Notes: generated by a model from the sequence alone, not told the origin. 64,000 nucleotides of DNA from Bugula neritina (GCA_964035545.1 OZ037772.1:496001-560000); one strand, 5' to 3'. Counted from the first letter of the stretch, positions 1 to 13,497 are shown. Made by a program: numbers and translations.

Positions 1-1709
1 CAGCTGATGATATTGTACCAGCTTGCTTTCAAACCTTCCACCCCAACCCCTAAACCCCAACCCCAATATTGTAATTAAAAACACATTCATGTAGAAGTAG
101 ACTGAGATGGCAGAACTGGTTAAATAGATAAGCTAAGATGAATGCTTATAGATATACATGTACATGTAACTTGCAAGAGCTCAAAAGTCTTCAACAAACT
201 GCTTGAAATTTTCAAAATCGAAATCCAGGCTCCCCCTAAAATGCCCAAATTCCCTCTTATAGGGGGATTCTCCCAGGTTGGGAACCACTGTGTTGAATTG
301 ACTTGTGTTTACTATCTTCTTTCCTGTGATTAGAAACATGTATGATGTTGTCATGACAACAGAGTTGCTGTGGCACAAAGTACAGTTTACTAGTATGTAG
401 TGATTGTGTAGTGAGAGTGGAGTGTCTGGTTATTGTCCCTGGTTATGTGTAATCTGTAAGGAGTAGAATTATATTATTTTAATATAATGTTTAGAAAGGT
501 ACTTTTATAATGGCAGTTTGCTCAATAGCTTTAGTTCTATTGCGATAGACTCATAGCTCTGGAGTCTAGCAGCTGTTACTATTACCACTAGCTGTTCAAA
601 ATTCTGCCAACATCCGGGCTGCCAAAGCATAATAGCCATTGACAAGGCCAAGCAGTCACTAGGAAATTATTTGACTAAAGAGCAGGTCTTATGACAATTA
701 GTAGTCAGTCCCTTAGACAGGAATCAGTGATTCTGTGACCTATTTAGTTAAATCCAATGCTGACCTTTTGATTGATTATTAGATAGCCATCACAATTTTA
801 TTTGGTACAATATAATATTATGGGGTGTCAATCAGTGTCTAATATAGTCTGTGAATTGAGTGTCTCCTTTAGCTTTGATGAGTTGATTACTTCTTCTACC
901 ATCAGTCAGTTGTATTGAGTGTTACTTTGTATTGAGTCATGAATAGTGTTGAAGATTTGGGCCTATATTATGCCAACCCCCCCCCTCTGACTTAGACTGA
1001 GACCCAACCTGCTGCACATACATAGTAGTACTACACTGAAGATAGTTAACATGTGTATATATCATATACATATATATATATATATATAACATAATTATAT
1101 ATATACATGCATATATCATCCTACTAGTAATGGATTACTAAGTACAAGTTATCCTATGACTCACTCTTCTTATGCTAGCTGCACGAGATAGACAACACTC
1201 ACACGTGACACGAACTCACAGTGCACTAGCTCTTGACACATTGCCAAGGATGATGAAATGACAGTTTCGCGCCACTCCTAGCAGTTAGAGTGGCAGGGAA
1301 TAGTTGTAGTATGTTGTAGTATTGGATCCTCAGAATTCACTCCTCAGTAATTAGTTGCATTGCACAAACTTGCAACAATAGTGAATAATTATTGACAATA
1401 TGGCCTCCACTTAGTAGTAAACTAGTAATTTATCTATCATTTTACAATACAAGTTACAGTTGAGTCTATTTGTTGAGTAGCAGTTCTTTGTCATGAGTGA
1501 CTATTTTCCAGCATATTAGTACATAATATAGTCAAGTGTGTTTTTGTGATAGCCTGTGGTCTATATAATGAATGTGTGTTGATGAGTGATGAGTATTTAT
1601 TTGAGTATTTGTCAAGGACACAGCTGTGTGTGTGGATGGAGTATTTCATTACTTGAGATATACTAAACACAGCTAACACAGATAACATACTGATTGCTAT
1701 ATATTGTAG

Positions 1710-4700
1710 GAAAGATCACTATGACATCACAGATCCCACAACACTACCAGTAGCTCAGCATGGAGACCCCTTAGAATACAAGTCTCCACCCAAACCTGCA
1801 CCCATTCCCTGCGATGTGTGTAAAGGTGGAACACAAGCTGCTGTGTTTTGTCTTGAGAGTCAAAAAAAGTTGTGTCAGCAGCATCAAGAAGTGAGTCTTT
1901 CTTATATAATTTCTCAAGATTAGTTACTAAACCAGTTCTGGTTTGTATGTAGAATATTATTGAAAAGAAATGTTGAGCCTGTGTGACTTTTTATACTAAA
2001 CACACAGTTTCACAGTGCAGTGAGTCAACTATGACAGACTTGTTGGTGAAAATACAACCAACTAAACTGTTGACCTTTATTATACAGAATCACAGGGAGC
2101 TGATGGGAGATAGACATCAGTTTATTGACATTGAGGTCTACAGAGCTTCTCCCCAAAGATATACTATCACTGAATGTGAACATCATAAAGAGGAACAGCT
2201 GACAGAAGTGTGTTCCAAGTGTCACCAGATATTCTGTATGAGATGTGATATGAGGACTGGCTGTAAGGATAAGACAGGTATTTACTTGCTGTTTCTATTT
2301 CTGTAGAAAGAAACTGGGAAATATTACAAGAACCTGTTTATTATTTTATTATTAAAGTGAGTTATGCAACAGTAAAAGAGGAAGTCAGTTTGTCAGCATT
2401 AGGGTTTGTGTGAGACAGAAGTGGATAGTGCAGGAGTTGATATTCTCACTGTTATGTTGAATATTTAGTATATTTCATCCTTCAAGTGTCTGTTTCCTTG
2501 ATAAGATGGTATAGGCATAGCTTTAACTCAGTGGTGTCTCACCTTCTTCATACCATCCTCCTTTTTATGATTATTTTCTATTAAGTTTTCCGCCTTTTTG
2601 ATAAAATTGTAATTTCATTTATAAAGAAAATCTGGGACAGGTTGTTTTCCTAATAATTCATTGAATGTAGAAAAAAGCAGCTAGAGTAGAGTGAATATTA
2701 GACACATGGATGTAGAAGTAAACTTAGATTGTAGAGTGTAATGTGGATAAATAAATGAACTACATAAAATGAAGGAGTTATAATTATACATATTCATGTA
2801 ACCTGGAACACAAGGCAAGAGCTCAAAAAGCTGGTAACAAACTCTGTGAAATTTTAGAAATGAAAACCCCTAAAAAACTCAAATTTCCTGTGAAGGGGAA
2901 ATTCCCCAAGGTTGAGAGCCACTGCTTTAATTTTTTCAACTATTTCATTCCAAGTGCAGTGATTAATGAGCTAACCTCTGACATCTTTCTAGTCCAAGTT
3001 CAACTGTCTATAGTTATTACATAGTATGTGTGTAGTGATACATCATCAACCTGTAGGTACAAGTAGCAGGTGTAGAATAAGTACAATATCACATCTATAA
3101 TAATGTTTTTATAAATAGTGTGATTTTATGTATACAGAGGAGACAGTAGCATCCCATGACTTGGCATCTTTGAGTGATTTGTCTTGTGAGTTACGAGAAA
3201 GTCTGACTGGTGGAATAGAGACTCTGTCTGAGAAAGTTGCAAAGTTGAATGACATCTCAAAGGATGCCTGGAAAGAACTGAGTAAAATAGAAGATGAAGT
3301 GAAGAAGATGGTTGCCAGAGTAAACGCTGTAGCTGACGCTCAGGTATGCTGACATGGTGATGCCATGTAATATTATTTCTGTTTGTCTGAAATTGGAATT
3401 TGCATTTGGTCTTTGAGTTGTAATCAGAAATGAATTTCATTTGCCACTAGAATTAACTGGCCATTAAAGTATTATCATTCTGTGTACAAGTAGCAGTAGT
3501 CATTCATCACATGTTACTCAGTGCAGAGGAACCTGTCAATACAGATGACTCACTCATCCTTCTGCAACTGTCAATCACTCACACACAGAGGTTGGCTGGG
3601 TGAGTGATTGACAGGTGTCAGGAGGAGGAGACTAGTCACGTGATGTACTAGCTCTCTGCTGTGTATAGAGTGTCACGTGACTGAGTCATTGTCCACTCAG
3701 TGGGTGATCTGTCACTTTCATTTCCAGTGTAGAGGTTGTGAGGTACAGATGTGGTTACACTGTGTTACTATTTATTAGATAGAAAAGATTAGAAAGAGAG
3801 CTACAAACCTGAGGCTAGAAATATATGGATATTTGAAGAGCTGCACACAGATAGTGGATAATTATAGAATAGAGCTGGCCTTGAGTAAGACAATGGGCAG
3901 ACAGTCTCTGCTGGACACAGTACAACATGCAGTTGATAAGTTCAATGATGCAGGGATTGTGAGAGACTACAAAGAGCTGAGTGAGAAGGTGGAAAAGGCG
4001 TCAGATATTGGTGTAATAGAGAAGTGTGTACTTCCAGACAGCATCTTGTTACCAACATGTAGGTGGAGTCTATAAATAGTAACACTAACTATAAATAACT
4101 TTCTGCTTGTAATCATGTGAGTTGTTTTCACTGAATATTTGAATAGTAGAATAAGTAGATAGAGTTTATTTATTAGAGAATTGAGTTTTGTTCTACTCTC
4201 ACATTATGAGACATTTCTGCAGTGTTTCAGAGTTTATGGTGTATAAGTGAGCTGCTAAACTGTGTTATGCTGACTACCTGCTGTCAGTATTAACAAGATA
4301 TTCTCACTTAGACCTGTGCATCACGTAGCAACTTGTAGTAACTACAGACTGCTTGTATTTAAAACATTTTTTTATTTCAAGTTTGAAAAGCTGTTCCCAC
4401 CTCCTCAGGTGATGAGATTCTCAAGTTATAGAATTGTTATTTTGTTGTTGCAGACAGTGAAGACAGTCTGGGACTGAAGCTGCTGCAGCCACCATCTTCT
4501 CTCCAGTCTGATGGACTTCCTGTACGTGACTGGTGTGACACAGTAAACATCTCAGCTGATGGACATCTCATGTGTCGGACACTAGAAGGTGTAGAAGTAA
4601 TAAATAGAGACACTCTGGATACTATCAGCTCAGTGAAACGCACCAACACTACAGGGTGGGGGGAGATAATCCAACCTGAAGGGGTGATGGTTGGCATCTG

Positions 4701-6274
4701 GTATAACAAGAAGGAGAAAACAGCTGAAGTCTCACTTCTTGATCCGAACTCCTTTGAGAAGACTCGCTCCCTCTACAAGCAGCCATTAGGTGTACCTGCT
4801 TACTATAGAATAGCTCAGCACGACTCACTGCTCTGTATTGTAGACAGGAGTGAGAAACAGCTGGTAGTCTGTAATCTAGTTGACAATAAAATACAGAAGT
4901 TCCCACTTCCTGAGATGGAGAACCCTCTACCTGTATGCATCCTCCCAGACTCATCTCTCCTCATTGGAGACCTCACTGCAGATGGTAAAGTGAGAAGATA
5001 TAAAGTGGAGAACACAACTCTCTCTCTAATGTGGGATTTTCCTCACATCTCACTACCATCTGGTATTTCCTTTGATCCAACATCTGAACTGATTCACATC
5101 TGTACAGGGAGAGGACCTCTCCTCATCCTCTCACTTGAAGGTAAATACTCTGTTTATTATAGTAAGTTTAGTTATTTTATATATAATTATGTTGTAGTAA
5201 ATAATATATTTTAATAATTAACAGTAAACAACTTCCACTCATAAGATATATTATGATATTGTTAGTATTTATCAAGTCACTGATATTATTTTTAGCTAAA
5301 AGTTATGTAATAAAGACTGTAACATGCTGATAGTAGATGTTATATTCTTCATCACATGACTTGTAGCTAATAATAATATTATTGAATAATACTGCCTCCC
5401 TACAATAAGTTTATTTCCAGCTGCAGTAACATGCAGGATGTAAGCACAGGTAAAAGTGTATATTATATTGTATAGGTTTAAGGTGTACTCTGTGTAGTGT
5501 GCAGTGAGCTCTTAGTAAACTCTCTATTCAGTCTTCCTTTCCAAGGGTTCACCTGGTAGTGTAGAGGATAGGGACTCCACACTGCTGAGTGAGTTGGTGC
5601 TGCAAGGGGTTTAAAACCACCTATCAGCATGTCTAGTTAGTATACTATGCAAGTGTTTTACAGTAATTTTAGAGGTGCTCAGTCTAACAACTGTACAGAC
5701 TGCCAGCTACACATGAGTTATGAGTTGTAGTTTGACTTCAGTCTAGTGCTGCTATTGTTTTGGTCATCAGATAATTTAAATGTTAATAATTTGATACTTT
5801 TTGACTGCCATTACTGAGACTATGTAATTTGATGATGGCTGGTAGAGCAGTGTTTGCTGGTGGGACTCAGGTGGCTGTGGTTGGTTCTTGTCAAGTATTT
5901 AATATGTGATAATGTTGGAGTAGCTGCAGTATTATTAGAAGTAGACACGTGGGTGTGTTCTTGCTCAGAGCCACAGGCTAAGTTTATGGGTCAAGGTCAA
6001 TATTGTTGTATAACGAGACACTGTTTTCTATTTGAGTATTTACTTCATGCATGTAACCTGCTTAGTTGCATCTTTAAAGGCAGTCTGTCTGTTTCTCTCA
6101 ATACACACCAACTGATACAATATGATGCTATTATTTACAGGTCAACTGGTGCTTACTGTTCCCAGAGAAAGTCTTGGTGTTAGTAGCTTGGTGTTGGATA
6201 TTGCTGTGTATAACAGAGACACAGTGTTTTTAGCATGTGTAGATGGTCTGAGGAGATACACAATAAAATACTAA
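1710..6274 (+). CDS. TRIM-like (B-box, B-box, coiled coil, NHL-like beta-propeller) gene, copy 1; RING exon expected upstream of the window. Exons 1710-1890, 2088-2277, 3138-3343, 3779-4058, 4454-5140, 6141-6274
   Basis: GT-AG junctions in phase; CDVC..AAVFC..LCQQH and CEHH..CSKC..CMRC B-boxes; helical linker; propeller-like repeats (PVCILPDSSLLIGD, PSGISFDP); TAA at 6272-6274, AATAAA near 6452; no internal stops. Confidence 0.85.
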
Positions 6275-6999
6275 ACTTATCAGCTACAGTCTACTAATAA
6301 TCAGCTCAGTGAGGTACTGAGAGATAAATTGGATAATATTTGTCATCAACATAATTATATTCATTACAATTCATCAATACACACACTCTGTATTTATAGT
6401 TGGATATGAGATGTTTTACTGTATCAAATATATGTTGCTATTTTACCATCTAATAAAGTTTATTTGTTAGTGAAAACATAGTCTGTTTTCATGCCTCATT
6501 AGCTTTAGTTCAAGTTGAGTTTGGTTAGTAAAAATAATCTATACTGGAGCAGTAACTGTAAATGACTTGTTTGTGGGAGAATTTATTCACTGAATTGACA
6601 TGCAGGTGCAAGTACCTCCAACATGACTAAGTAAATTTATTCCAACCATTCATAATAATATACATTCCATTGCTGTGTACAACAGCATTGAGTAGCCAAT
6701 CAAATTGTTTCTTGTCACGCAATCAGGAATCTGATAAATAATATATAAGGCAATCAACTAGATATAAACACTGTATTACTCTACACATGAGCTGTCTATG
6801 ATACAGCTGTTTTGTAAACTGTGTGTAATTTGATGAGTTTAGTTCAATTGGTTGCAGTTTAATTATGACATGTTCCCCATTCACCTGGTAGAAATACCTT
6901 GTGTGCACAGACAAGTTGTAATGACTAACAGAAACTTTTTCAGTAGGTTCCAGTTCATCTTGAATATAATAGTACAGCTTGTTGTCATTTGGTCTCCAT

Positions 7000-7422
7000 A
7001 GTATTGATGGTACACTACCTTGTTTGGCCTTAATATTATAGATGGTATATTACCTTGTTTGGCCTCAATAGTATTGTTGGTAGACTACCTTGTTTAGCCT
7101 CACTAGTATTGATGGTACACTACCTTGTCTGGCCTTAATATTATAGATGGTACATTACCTTGTTTGGCCTCAATAGTGTTGATGGTACACTACCTTGTTT
7201 GGCCTCAATAGTATTGGTGGTAGACTACCTTGTTTGGCCTCAATAGTATTGATGGTATACTACCTTGTTTAGCCTCAATAGTGTTGATGGTAGACTACCT
7301 TGTTTGGCCTCAATAGTATTGATGGTATACTACTTTGTTTGGCCCTAATAGTATAGATGGTACACTACCTTGTTTGGCCCTAATAGTATAGATGGTACAC
7401 TACCTTGTTTGGCCTCAATAGT
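7000..7422. repeat. 35-bp minisatellite (gatggtacactaccttgtttggcctcaatagtatt), about 12 units
   Basis: Direct tandem units visible. Confidence 0.93.
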
Positions 7423-9149
7423 CTTGCTAACAGCACAACTTACAAGATTCAACTAATTTAACTTGTTGAGATTAACATGAATATAATACATATGAAATGT
7501 GAAAATAGCATTAAAAGTCAAGCAAGGAATTCACATGTTGACACAATTATATACTTTCACTTGAAGGTAAGCTTGATGAACCAATATGAACTGTTCACAG
7601 AGTTTACTGTGTAGGATTTGCACCTAGAATATTTAGTTACATCAGAGCTAAGTGAAAAATCTAACAGTTGATTTATTCTGTTGAGTATTGATCTTATTAC
7701 CCAACTTCACCCTTTTTACTGTAGAGTTTGTTGATGTAAGTTCACTTAATTAAACTATTCTCATGCAAGGGGTGGGGGTGGAATATTATTGTGAATTTAT
7801 GCTTTACTTGTTATTATAGGGTCTATTTAGGCAAAGCTATTTCACCAGGTTTGTGATTGCTAACACTTTATTCTATTTATTTCAAGATACTAATAAAACT
7901 GTACAACTATCAAAAACACGTTCCATAATAAAAGAGAGAATATACAAGACTTTACAATAACAATTCCAAGTGCTCTCTGCCTGCTAGTCAAATAGACTAG
8001 GGCCCACTACAAGTATTCAGCTCCGCCTACTACTAATTATTAACAGTCACTGATTGGCCATCACGATGGCACCATCACACTAGTTGATCTGCATGCTGCA
8101 AAATGCATCATGTCCTCTAGTTAAAGTGTGTGCACGGAGTTATCATTTCGATATAATAACATAATATACAAAATCTCTGCAATATGCCACCTGGGATATC
8201 TGTATGATAAACTTAACCAATCAACTAGCAGCATCTTCACTATTCAATGAAATTATCAAACTATATTATTTAACTGTAACATTATCCTAGTGAAACCTCT
8301 CAACTGTTCCTCCTATTCACTAATCATCAAATTATTCTCCTCTACCAAATCAATACATTGTGCAGACTCCATATTTAATCTCCTCTACATACAGTTTATA
8401 TTCCAGCTATCAGAGTCATGATTCTACATCACATGAATGTTCTCTACTTTAACAAGAGAATAGCCAACTATAAAAACCTGCTATAGCACACAATATAGCA
8501 ACCTGTTATAACATGACACACAGTACATCAATATTCATTCACTACACAAAATATCTCAATACACATAACAACTGGAGCTGCTGAAGTTCAATGGCTTATA
8601 CAAGTTGAATTGAACAAAACACTACGTTGTTCTTCAGCATATCAACTAGTATGAGTAGTGTGGAGAGATCTTTTATATATATAAAAACTTGTGTTTGAAG
8701 GAAATATTAAATTATATTATTCCTCTTAGCATCACATGTAGCATGAATATCAACTTATAGTTAGTGAGTTACTAGAAGTTTCTTTGTAACGGAAACCAGT
8801 CCGGGTTCCCCTGCAGTTCCATCTCAACGAGTCTGGCCTGAGCTGAGGTCACCGCATGATGACATCATTCACTAGGTTCTTCTTGGTGTCTGGAAATTTT
8901 CTACCAGTTACTCCAGTGACTGAAAATGAAGTACTAATACCAGTGACTCGGTCTCAAACTTACTTACTGAGTCATTGTGATTATTAGTTGATGACTTAAT
9001 GTTTTAGTGAAGTTATAGTTATAGTTAACTTATAGTCCTACTGACACTAATAGCTAATGTGCCATTCAGTCTCATCTTCATTCTCAGTAATTGTAATACT
9101 GATATTAAGACTAACTAACGCCTAATGCTAAGTTCAACTACTAATTATT

Positions 9150-9243
9150 ACACTACTAGTACTACTACTACTACTAGAAGTAGTGGTGGTGGCGGTAGCG
9201 GTAGCAGTAGTAATGGGAGTACTAGTATTATTAGTAGTAGTAT

Positions 9244-9285
<42 letters not shown>

Positions 9286-9323
9286 TAGTACTAGTAGTAG
9301 TAGTAGTAGTATTAGTAGTAGTA
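9150..9323. repeat. (CTA)n/(TAG)n microsatellite
   Basis: Trinucleotide runs; shorter in copy 2 (about 48060-48177). Confidence 0.9.
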
Positions 9324-9454
9324 TGACAGCGCTTCTTCATAGGATCTGCCAGTCACCCAGTAGTTGTTGTCACTAAACTATGTAAAATATATAGAGGTTA
9401 AAAGGTCACTAAACTATGTGAAATATATAGAGGTCAAGAGGTCACCAGACTATC

Positions 9455-9640
9455 ACCAACTTTCCATGTACCGATCTCAGATCGATCTCAGCGAGATCGA
9501 TCCATGGAAAGACGCCAAAGATCGATCTCCGTCGATCTGAGCTGGTCGGTCTGTGGAGCTCGAACTCAGATCGATCTCATGTCAATAAGACCATGGAAAG
9601 ACACCAGATCGACCTGAGAAGTAGAAAAAGACTGCGTGCT
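9455..9640. mobile_element. One-ended MITE-like remnant (tttccatg/catggaaa and gatcgatc palindromes), probably PIF/Harbinger-related
   Basis: Palindromic motifs resembling the TIR of the MITE at 37218-37973; no partner TIR found; counterpart at about 48273-48450. Confidence 0.45.
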
Positions 9641-9709
9641 ACAATGTTGTCTGCTAATAAAAATGATAACTTATTGATAATTACTAAGCAAAGTATTAAA
9701 TAATCATGA

Positions 9710-10246
9710 TGTCACAAATTCTGAGTGTACATATACCTATAAATAGACTTACCGGGTTTTTCCTAATGATTATACACGAATGTTCATAAATGTTCTAGAC
9801 TGATCAAAGAGATGGGTCATTGTTCATTGTTATTGTTTTCATTAGTCATGTTAACTACTGCCCAGCAATGTAAACAAGGTGTTGCGCAATAATTGCGAAT
9901 AACCATGGAAATTCCAATGTTTTGTTTTGTTTTGATTTTCTATAAATAGTATTGGCATGTGGGGAATGTTTTCTACTAGAATATTCTATACTGGAATGCT
10001 TGAGAATGTTCTAGAGTGTTTTGTTTACTATAAATACTGAGGCAGTTGTGTTTACGAATCAGTTCATTCTCGCAGTTCATTCTTGGAGTTCATTTTTATA
10101 AGTTCATCTGTGCATGTCTTACTAGAGAAATAAAGTCTACTCTATTTACTCTCAACTGGATTAGCAAGCTGTATGCTACTTGTCTCTATACTTCTGACTA
10201 CCAGACTTTTCGAACTCGTCACACTGCTACCAACAGTTTTGTGACA
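9710..10246 (+). repeat. 5' LTR
   Basis: TG...CA termini with 9-bp inverted repeat; three TATAAATA boxes; AATAAA near 10128. Confidence 0.96.
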
Positions 10247-10248
10247 AT

Positions 10249-10265
10249 TGGGGGCTGCTCCGGGA
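10249..10265 (+). promoter_or_regulatory. Primer-binding site, tRNA-Pro type
   Basis: TGGGGGCTGCTCCGGGA 2 nt after the LTR; matches the tRNA-Pro PBS TGGGGGCTCGTCCGGGA except a CG/GC swap. Confidence 0.8.
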
Positions 10266-10342
10266 AGTCTCAGTCGCACACAGGGAAGTTATTAGTTACA
10301 ACGTGAGTATACACAGGATTAATTAACAGTTGTTGAGACATT

Positions 10343-13063
10343 ATGGCGTTGTTGGAGAGAGTGACACAGATGGGTAAAGACCTTGGGTTGGTGGAGGACA
10401 AGCTCATAGCTTTTGTTGAAAAGAACCTACCCATTGTTGCTGCACAAGAAGAAAAAGAAAAGGACCGAGAGGAACGTAGATTAGAGCGTGAGGCAGAAAA
10501 GATCAGGCAAGAGAATGAGAAAGCCTTAATGGAGATGAAGATAAAAGCTGATCAGGAGGCAATGGCATTCAAGGTTAAAGCTGATCAGGAGGCAATGGCA
10601 CTCAAGGTTAAAGCTGACCAGGAGGCAGAAGAGAGAAGACAACGACATGAATTAGATATGGAAAAGCTGAAAGCTGACACAAGTTTGGAGCACTCAAGAC
10701 ATGAGAGCACCAGGTTAGAAATAGCTAACAAACCAAAACCAAAGATACCATTCTTTGATGAGAAGGTAGACGAAATGGATAGCTATTTAGAGCGGTTCGA
10801 GTGGGTTGCTGAAGGATGTAACTGGGACAAGGGAGATTGGTCCTACCATCTCAGTCAGTACCTAAGGGGTACAGCAACAGAAGCTTACATCCGGTTATCA
10901 CCTACCGACCGTAGAGATTATAAAAAAGTCAAAGAAGCCTTGTTGGAGCGCTTTAACTTGACTCAAGAGGGCTACAGAAAAAAGCTCAGAGAGGCAGAAG
11001 CTTACGAGGATGAAACTCCTGCCCAACTATTCACTAGGATAGAAACTTATGTGCACAAGTGGGTAGAACTTTCAGGGGGCATGGACATAGCCAAACTAGT
11101 GGCGACTGAACAATTTATATCATCATGCCCAGACGACCTAGCTGTGCATTTAAAGCAAAGTTCCTACAACAGCAGTGAGGATATGTGTGATGCAGCGTCA
11201 CTGTTCTTGCACGCTCGTGGAAGGAAACTAGCAAAGACAAAGAAAACTAATACAAAAAGGATGGAAAACGCGCCTGCCGATAGCATGGATGCTGAACAAG
11301 GAAGTAAAAGCGATGGTGCATGCTTCATCTGCAAAGATAAGTCGCACATTGCTCGTAACTGCCCACGGCAAGGGAAGAAGCACTGTTCACATTGCAAGAT
11401 GAACAACCACAATACTTCCGACTGCAGAAAGTATGGTGGGAGGTCAGTGCATGCTGCTGCTGCAATAGCGACTACTCAGAATAAGACTGTGGTCACAGAT
11501 CCAGGAATCTCATCTAAAGTGGAAGAACCTACGGAAATCACAGTTAATGGTAAAAAGTTTATCAACGCTGCTGTCTGCAAGAATGGACCTAAATTCAAAG
11601 ATGGGGGCACAGCGATATTTGATGCGGAAGTTAATGGCCAACGAGCTACTGTAATGCGCGACACTGGCTGTGGTTGCATTGTAGTCAATGCAAAGTATGT
11701 GCAACCTCAACACTTAACTGGAGAATCAGTTTATCTGAATATGGCTGATGCAAGTGTTAGGGAGGCTCAGTGGGCACTTATCTCAGTACGCTCACCCTTT
11801 TACAATGGTGTCGTCAAAGCTGCAGTAATGGACAAGACGATTTGTGACCTGCTTATTGGGAATGTGGATGGAGCGAGATCAGCTGACCAGCCGCTGGAAA
11901 ACTGGAAGGACTGCGCCGTAACCACAAGAGCTCAAGCTGTCAAGCAGAAGTCAGGAGACAATCCACTGATGATTTCTTCAAATGCTAACCCATTAAGTAT
12001 AGGGAAAGATGAAATAGCCAGACTGCAGAGGGATGACCCCACATTGGAGCGTTTCTTCGATGCAAAAGAAGTGAAGGAGAAAAAGGGATGCACCACTAGG
12101 TTTGTGGTGAGGAATAAGATCCTGTACCGTGAGTACACCGACTCGAAGTCTGTCAGTGTAAAACCTGTTAAACAACTCATGGTACCCAGTTCACTGAGGA
12201 AGGAAGTTCTACAGAAAGCTCATGACTGCATAATGAGCGGACACCTAGGAGTAAAGAAAACCACTGATAGAGTGCTTTCCAACTTCTTCTGGCCAGGACT
12301 AAACGGAGATGTCGTACGTTTCTGTCAATCATGTGACATTTGCCAGAAGACGGTGAAAAAAGGCTCAGTCATGAAAGTTCCAGTACAGGAAACTCCACTA
12401 ATTGACACCCCATTCAAGAGATGTGCAATAGACCTAGTCGGACCAATTAACCCTCCAAGTGAGAAAGGACACCGCTACATCCTAACTTTAGTTGACTATG
12501 CTACAAGATATCCTGAAGCTACACCATTGAAGAACATTGACTCAGCTACTGTAGCTGAAGCGCTGCTTGACATATACAGTCGTGTTGGGATACCAGAGGA
12601 GGTGATAAGCGATCAAGGAACTCAATTCATCTCGGACTACATGAAAGAGTTTACCAGATTACTTGACATGCGGCAACTTCCTACCTCACCGTACCATGCA
12701 ATGGCCAATGGACTTGTGGAAAAGTTCAACGGAACCCTCAAGAGTATGTTAAAAAAGTTGTGTGCTAAAGAGCCAAGACAGTGGCATCGGTTCATCAATG
12801 CGGCTCTATTTGCATATAGAGAAGTCCCACAGGAATCAACAGGCTTCGCCCCATTCGAGTTACTCTATGGAAGAACTGTGCGTGGACCAATGTACATCCT
12901 GCGACAACTTTGGACAAAAGAAGACACTGCCGATGAAGTCAAGACCTGCTATCAACATGTTTTTGAATTGAGAGAGCGTTTAGATGACATGATGGAAATG
13001 GCACTAGCTTCGCTAAAAGACAGTCAAAAAAAGATACAAACACTATTTTGTCAAGAAAGCTAA
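10343..13063 (+). CDS. Gag-protease-integrase polyprotein (906 aa); integrase C-terminus continues after a frameshift in an A7 run near 13026-13032
   Basis: SCAN-like capsid (ETPAQLFTR..QFISSCPDDL), CCHC knuckles, protease MRDTG, integrase H..H..C..C, IDLVGP, SDQG, NGLVEKFN; WQGPF (GPY/F) in the next frame. Confidence 0.92.
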   Translation: MALLERVTQMGKDLGLVEDKLIAFVEKNLPIVAAQEEKEKDREERRLEREAEKIRQENEKALMEMKIKADQEAMAFKVKADQEAMALKVKADQEAEERRQRHELDMEKLKADTSLEHSRHESTRLEIANKPKPKIPFFDEKVDEMDSYLERFEWVAEGCNWDKGDWSYHLSQYLRGTATEAYIRLSPTDRRDYKKVKEALLERFNLTQEGYRKKLREAEAYEDETPAQLFTRIETYVHKWVELSGGMDIAKLVATEQFISSCPDDLAVHLKQSSYNSSEDMCDAASLFLHARGRKLAKTKKTNTKRMENAPADSMDAEQGSKSDGACFICKDKSHIARNCPRQGKKHCSHCKMNNHNTSDCRKYGGRSVHAAAAIATTQNKTVVTDPGISSKVEEPTEITVNGKKFINAAVCKNGPKFKDGGTAIFDAEVNGQRATVMRDTGCGCIVVNAKYVQPQHLTGESVYLNMADASVREAQWALISVRSPFYNGVVKAAVMDKTICDLLIGNVDGARSADQPLENWKDCAVTTRAQAVKQKSGDNPLMISSNANPLSIGKDEIARLQRDDPTLERFFDAKEVKEKKGCTTRFVVRNKILYREYTDSKSVSVKPVKQLMVPSSLRKEVLQKAHDCIMSGHLGVKKTTDRVLSNFFWPGLNGDVVRFCQSCDICQKTVKKGSVMKVPVQETPLIDTPFKRCAIDLVGPINPPSEKGHRYILTLVDYATRYPEATPLKNIDSATVAEALLDIYSRVGIPEEVISDQGTQFISDYMKEFTRLLDMRQLPTSPYHAMANGLVEKFNGTLKSMLKKLCAKEPRQWHRFINAALFAYREVPQESTGFAPFELLYGRTVRGPMYILRQLWTKEDTADEVKTCYQHVFELRERLDDMMEMALASLKDSQKKIQTLFCQES

Positions 13064-13376
13064 GCAGAGAGACTTCAGACCTGGTGACAAAGTGCTCATT
13101 CTTCTACCTACGGATGGAAATAAATTGCTGATGCATTGGCAAGGACCATTCAATATTGAGGAGAAAGTCAGACTGAATGACTACATTATCAACATTAGAG
13201 GCAAGAGGAGAACATACCATGCCAACATGCTGAAGAAGTATTTTGAGCGGGAGACGCCTACCGACTCTATGACTGTTGGAGCTGTGATGACTCTAGATGC
13301 TGCTGGTGCTGGAATTATTGATCACAATAAGGAAAGAGAAGAATGCCAAGATGATTTGTTGGACCTGTACAGTAAG

Positions 13377-13497
13377 AAACAGCAGAGTGATGAGATGGGC
13401 TATGTATTTACAGGACTTCAGAATCAAGGTGGAGTCAATCCAAGAAAAGGACAATGTTGGAGCTGATTATCTAAGCCGAATTGACTCAGAATTTTAA
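13377..13497 (+). pseudogene. Residual RNase H C-terminus of pol
   Basis: NSRVMRWAMYLQDFRIKVESIQEKDNVGADYLSR matches the Gypsy RNase H end motif R..RW..LQ.F...N..AD.LSR. Confidence 0.8.

Noticed and set aside
35-64. Telomere-like C-rich repeat (ccccaacccctaaaccccaacccc)
   Set aside because: Too short and irregular; more likely part of a small intronic repeat.
270-2925. hAT-like ends (ggttgggaaccactg near 277, cagtggtgtctcacc near 2529, ggttgagagccactg near 2910) as a transposon carrying TRIM exons
   Set aside because: Degenerate, no matching TSDs; consistent with scattered old MITE remnants in introns.
4381-4408. Possible TRIM micro-exon with a mutated acceptor in copy 1
   Set aside because: No phase joins it to the next exon; the donor ACAT|gtaggt at 4058 splices in frame directly to 4454.
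7000-7422. 35-bp and other regular repeats as a CRISPR-like array
   Set aside because: Units are head-to-tail with no unique spacers; eukaryotic context with no cas genes.
8775-8920. Exon-like GC-richer segment on the minus strand (TGVTGRKFPDTKKNLVNDVIMR*PQLRP..)
   Set aside because: Contains a stop and no recognisable motif; cannot be assigned without a search.
9125-9376. Ser/Thr-rich ORFs
   Set aside because: (TAG)n microsatellite.
10046-10306. Twin ORFs at 10046 and 13880
   Set aside because: Incidental frames within the two LTRs.
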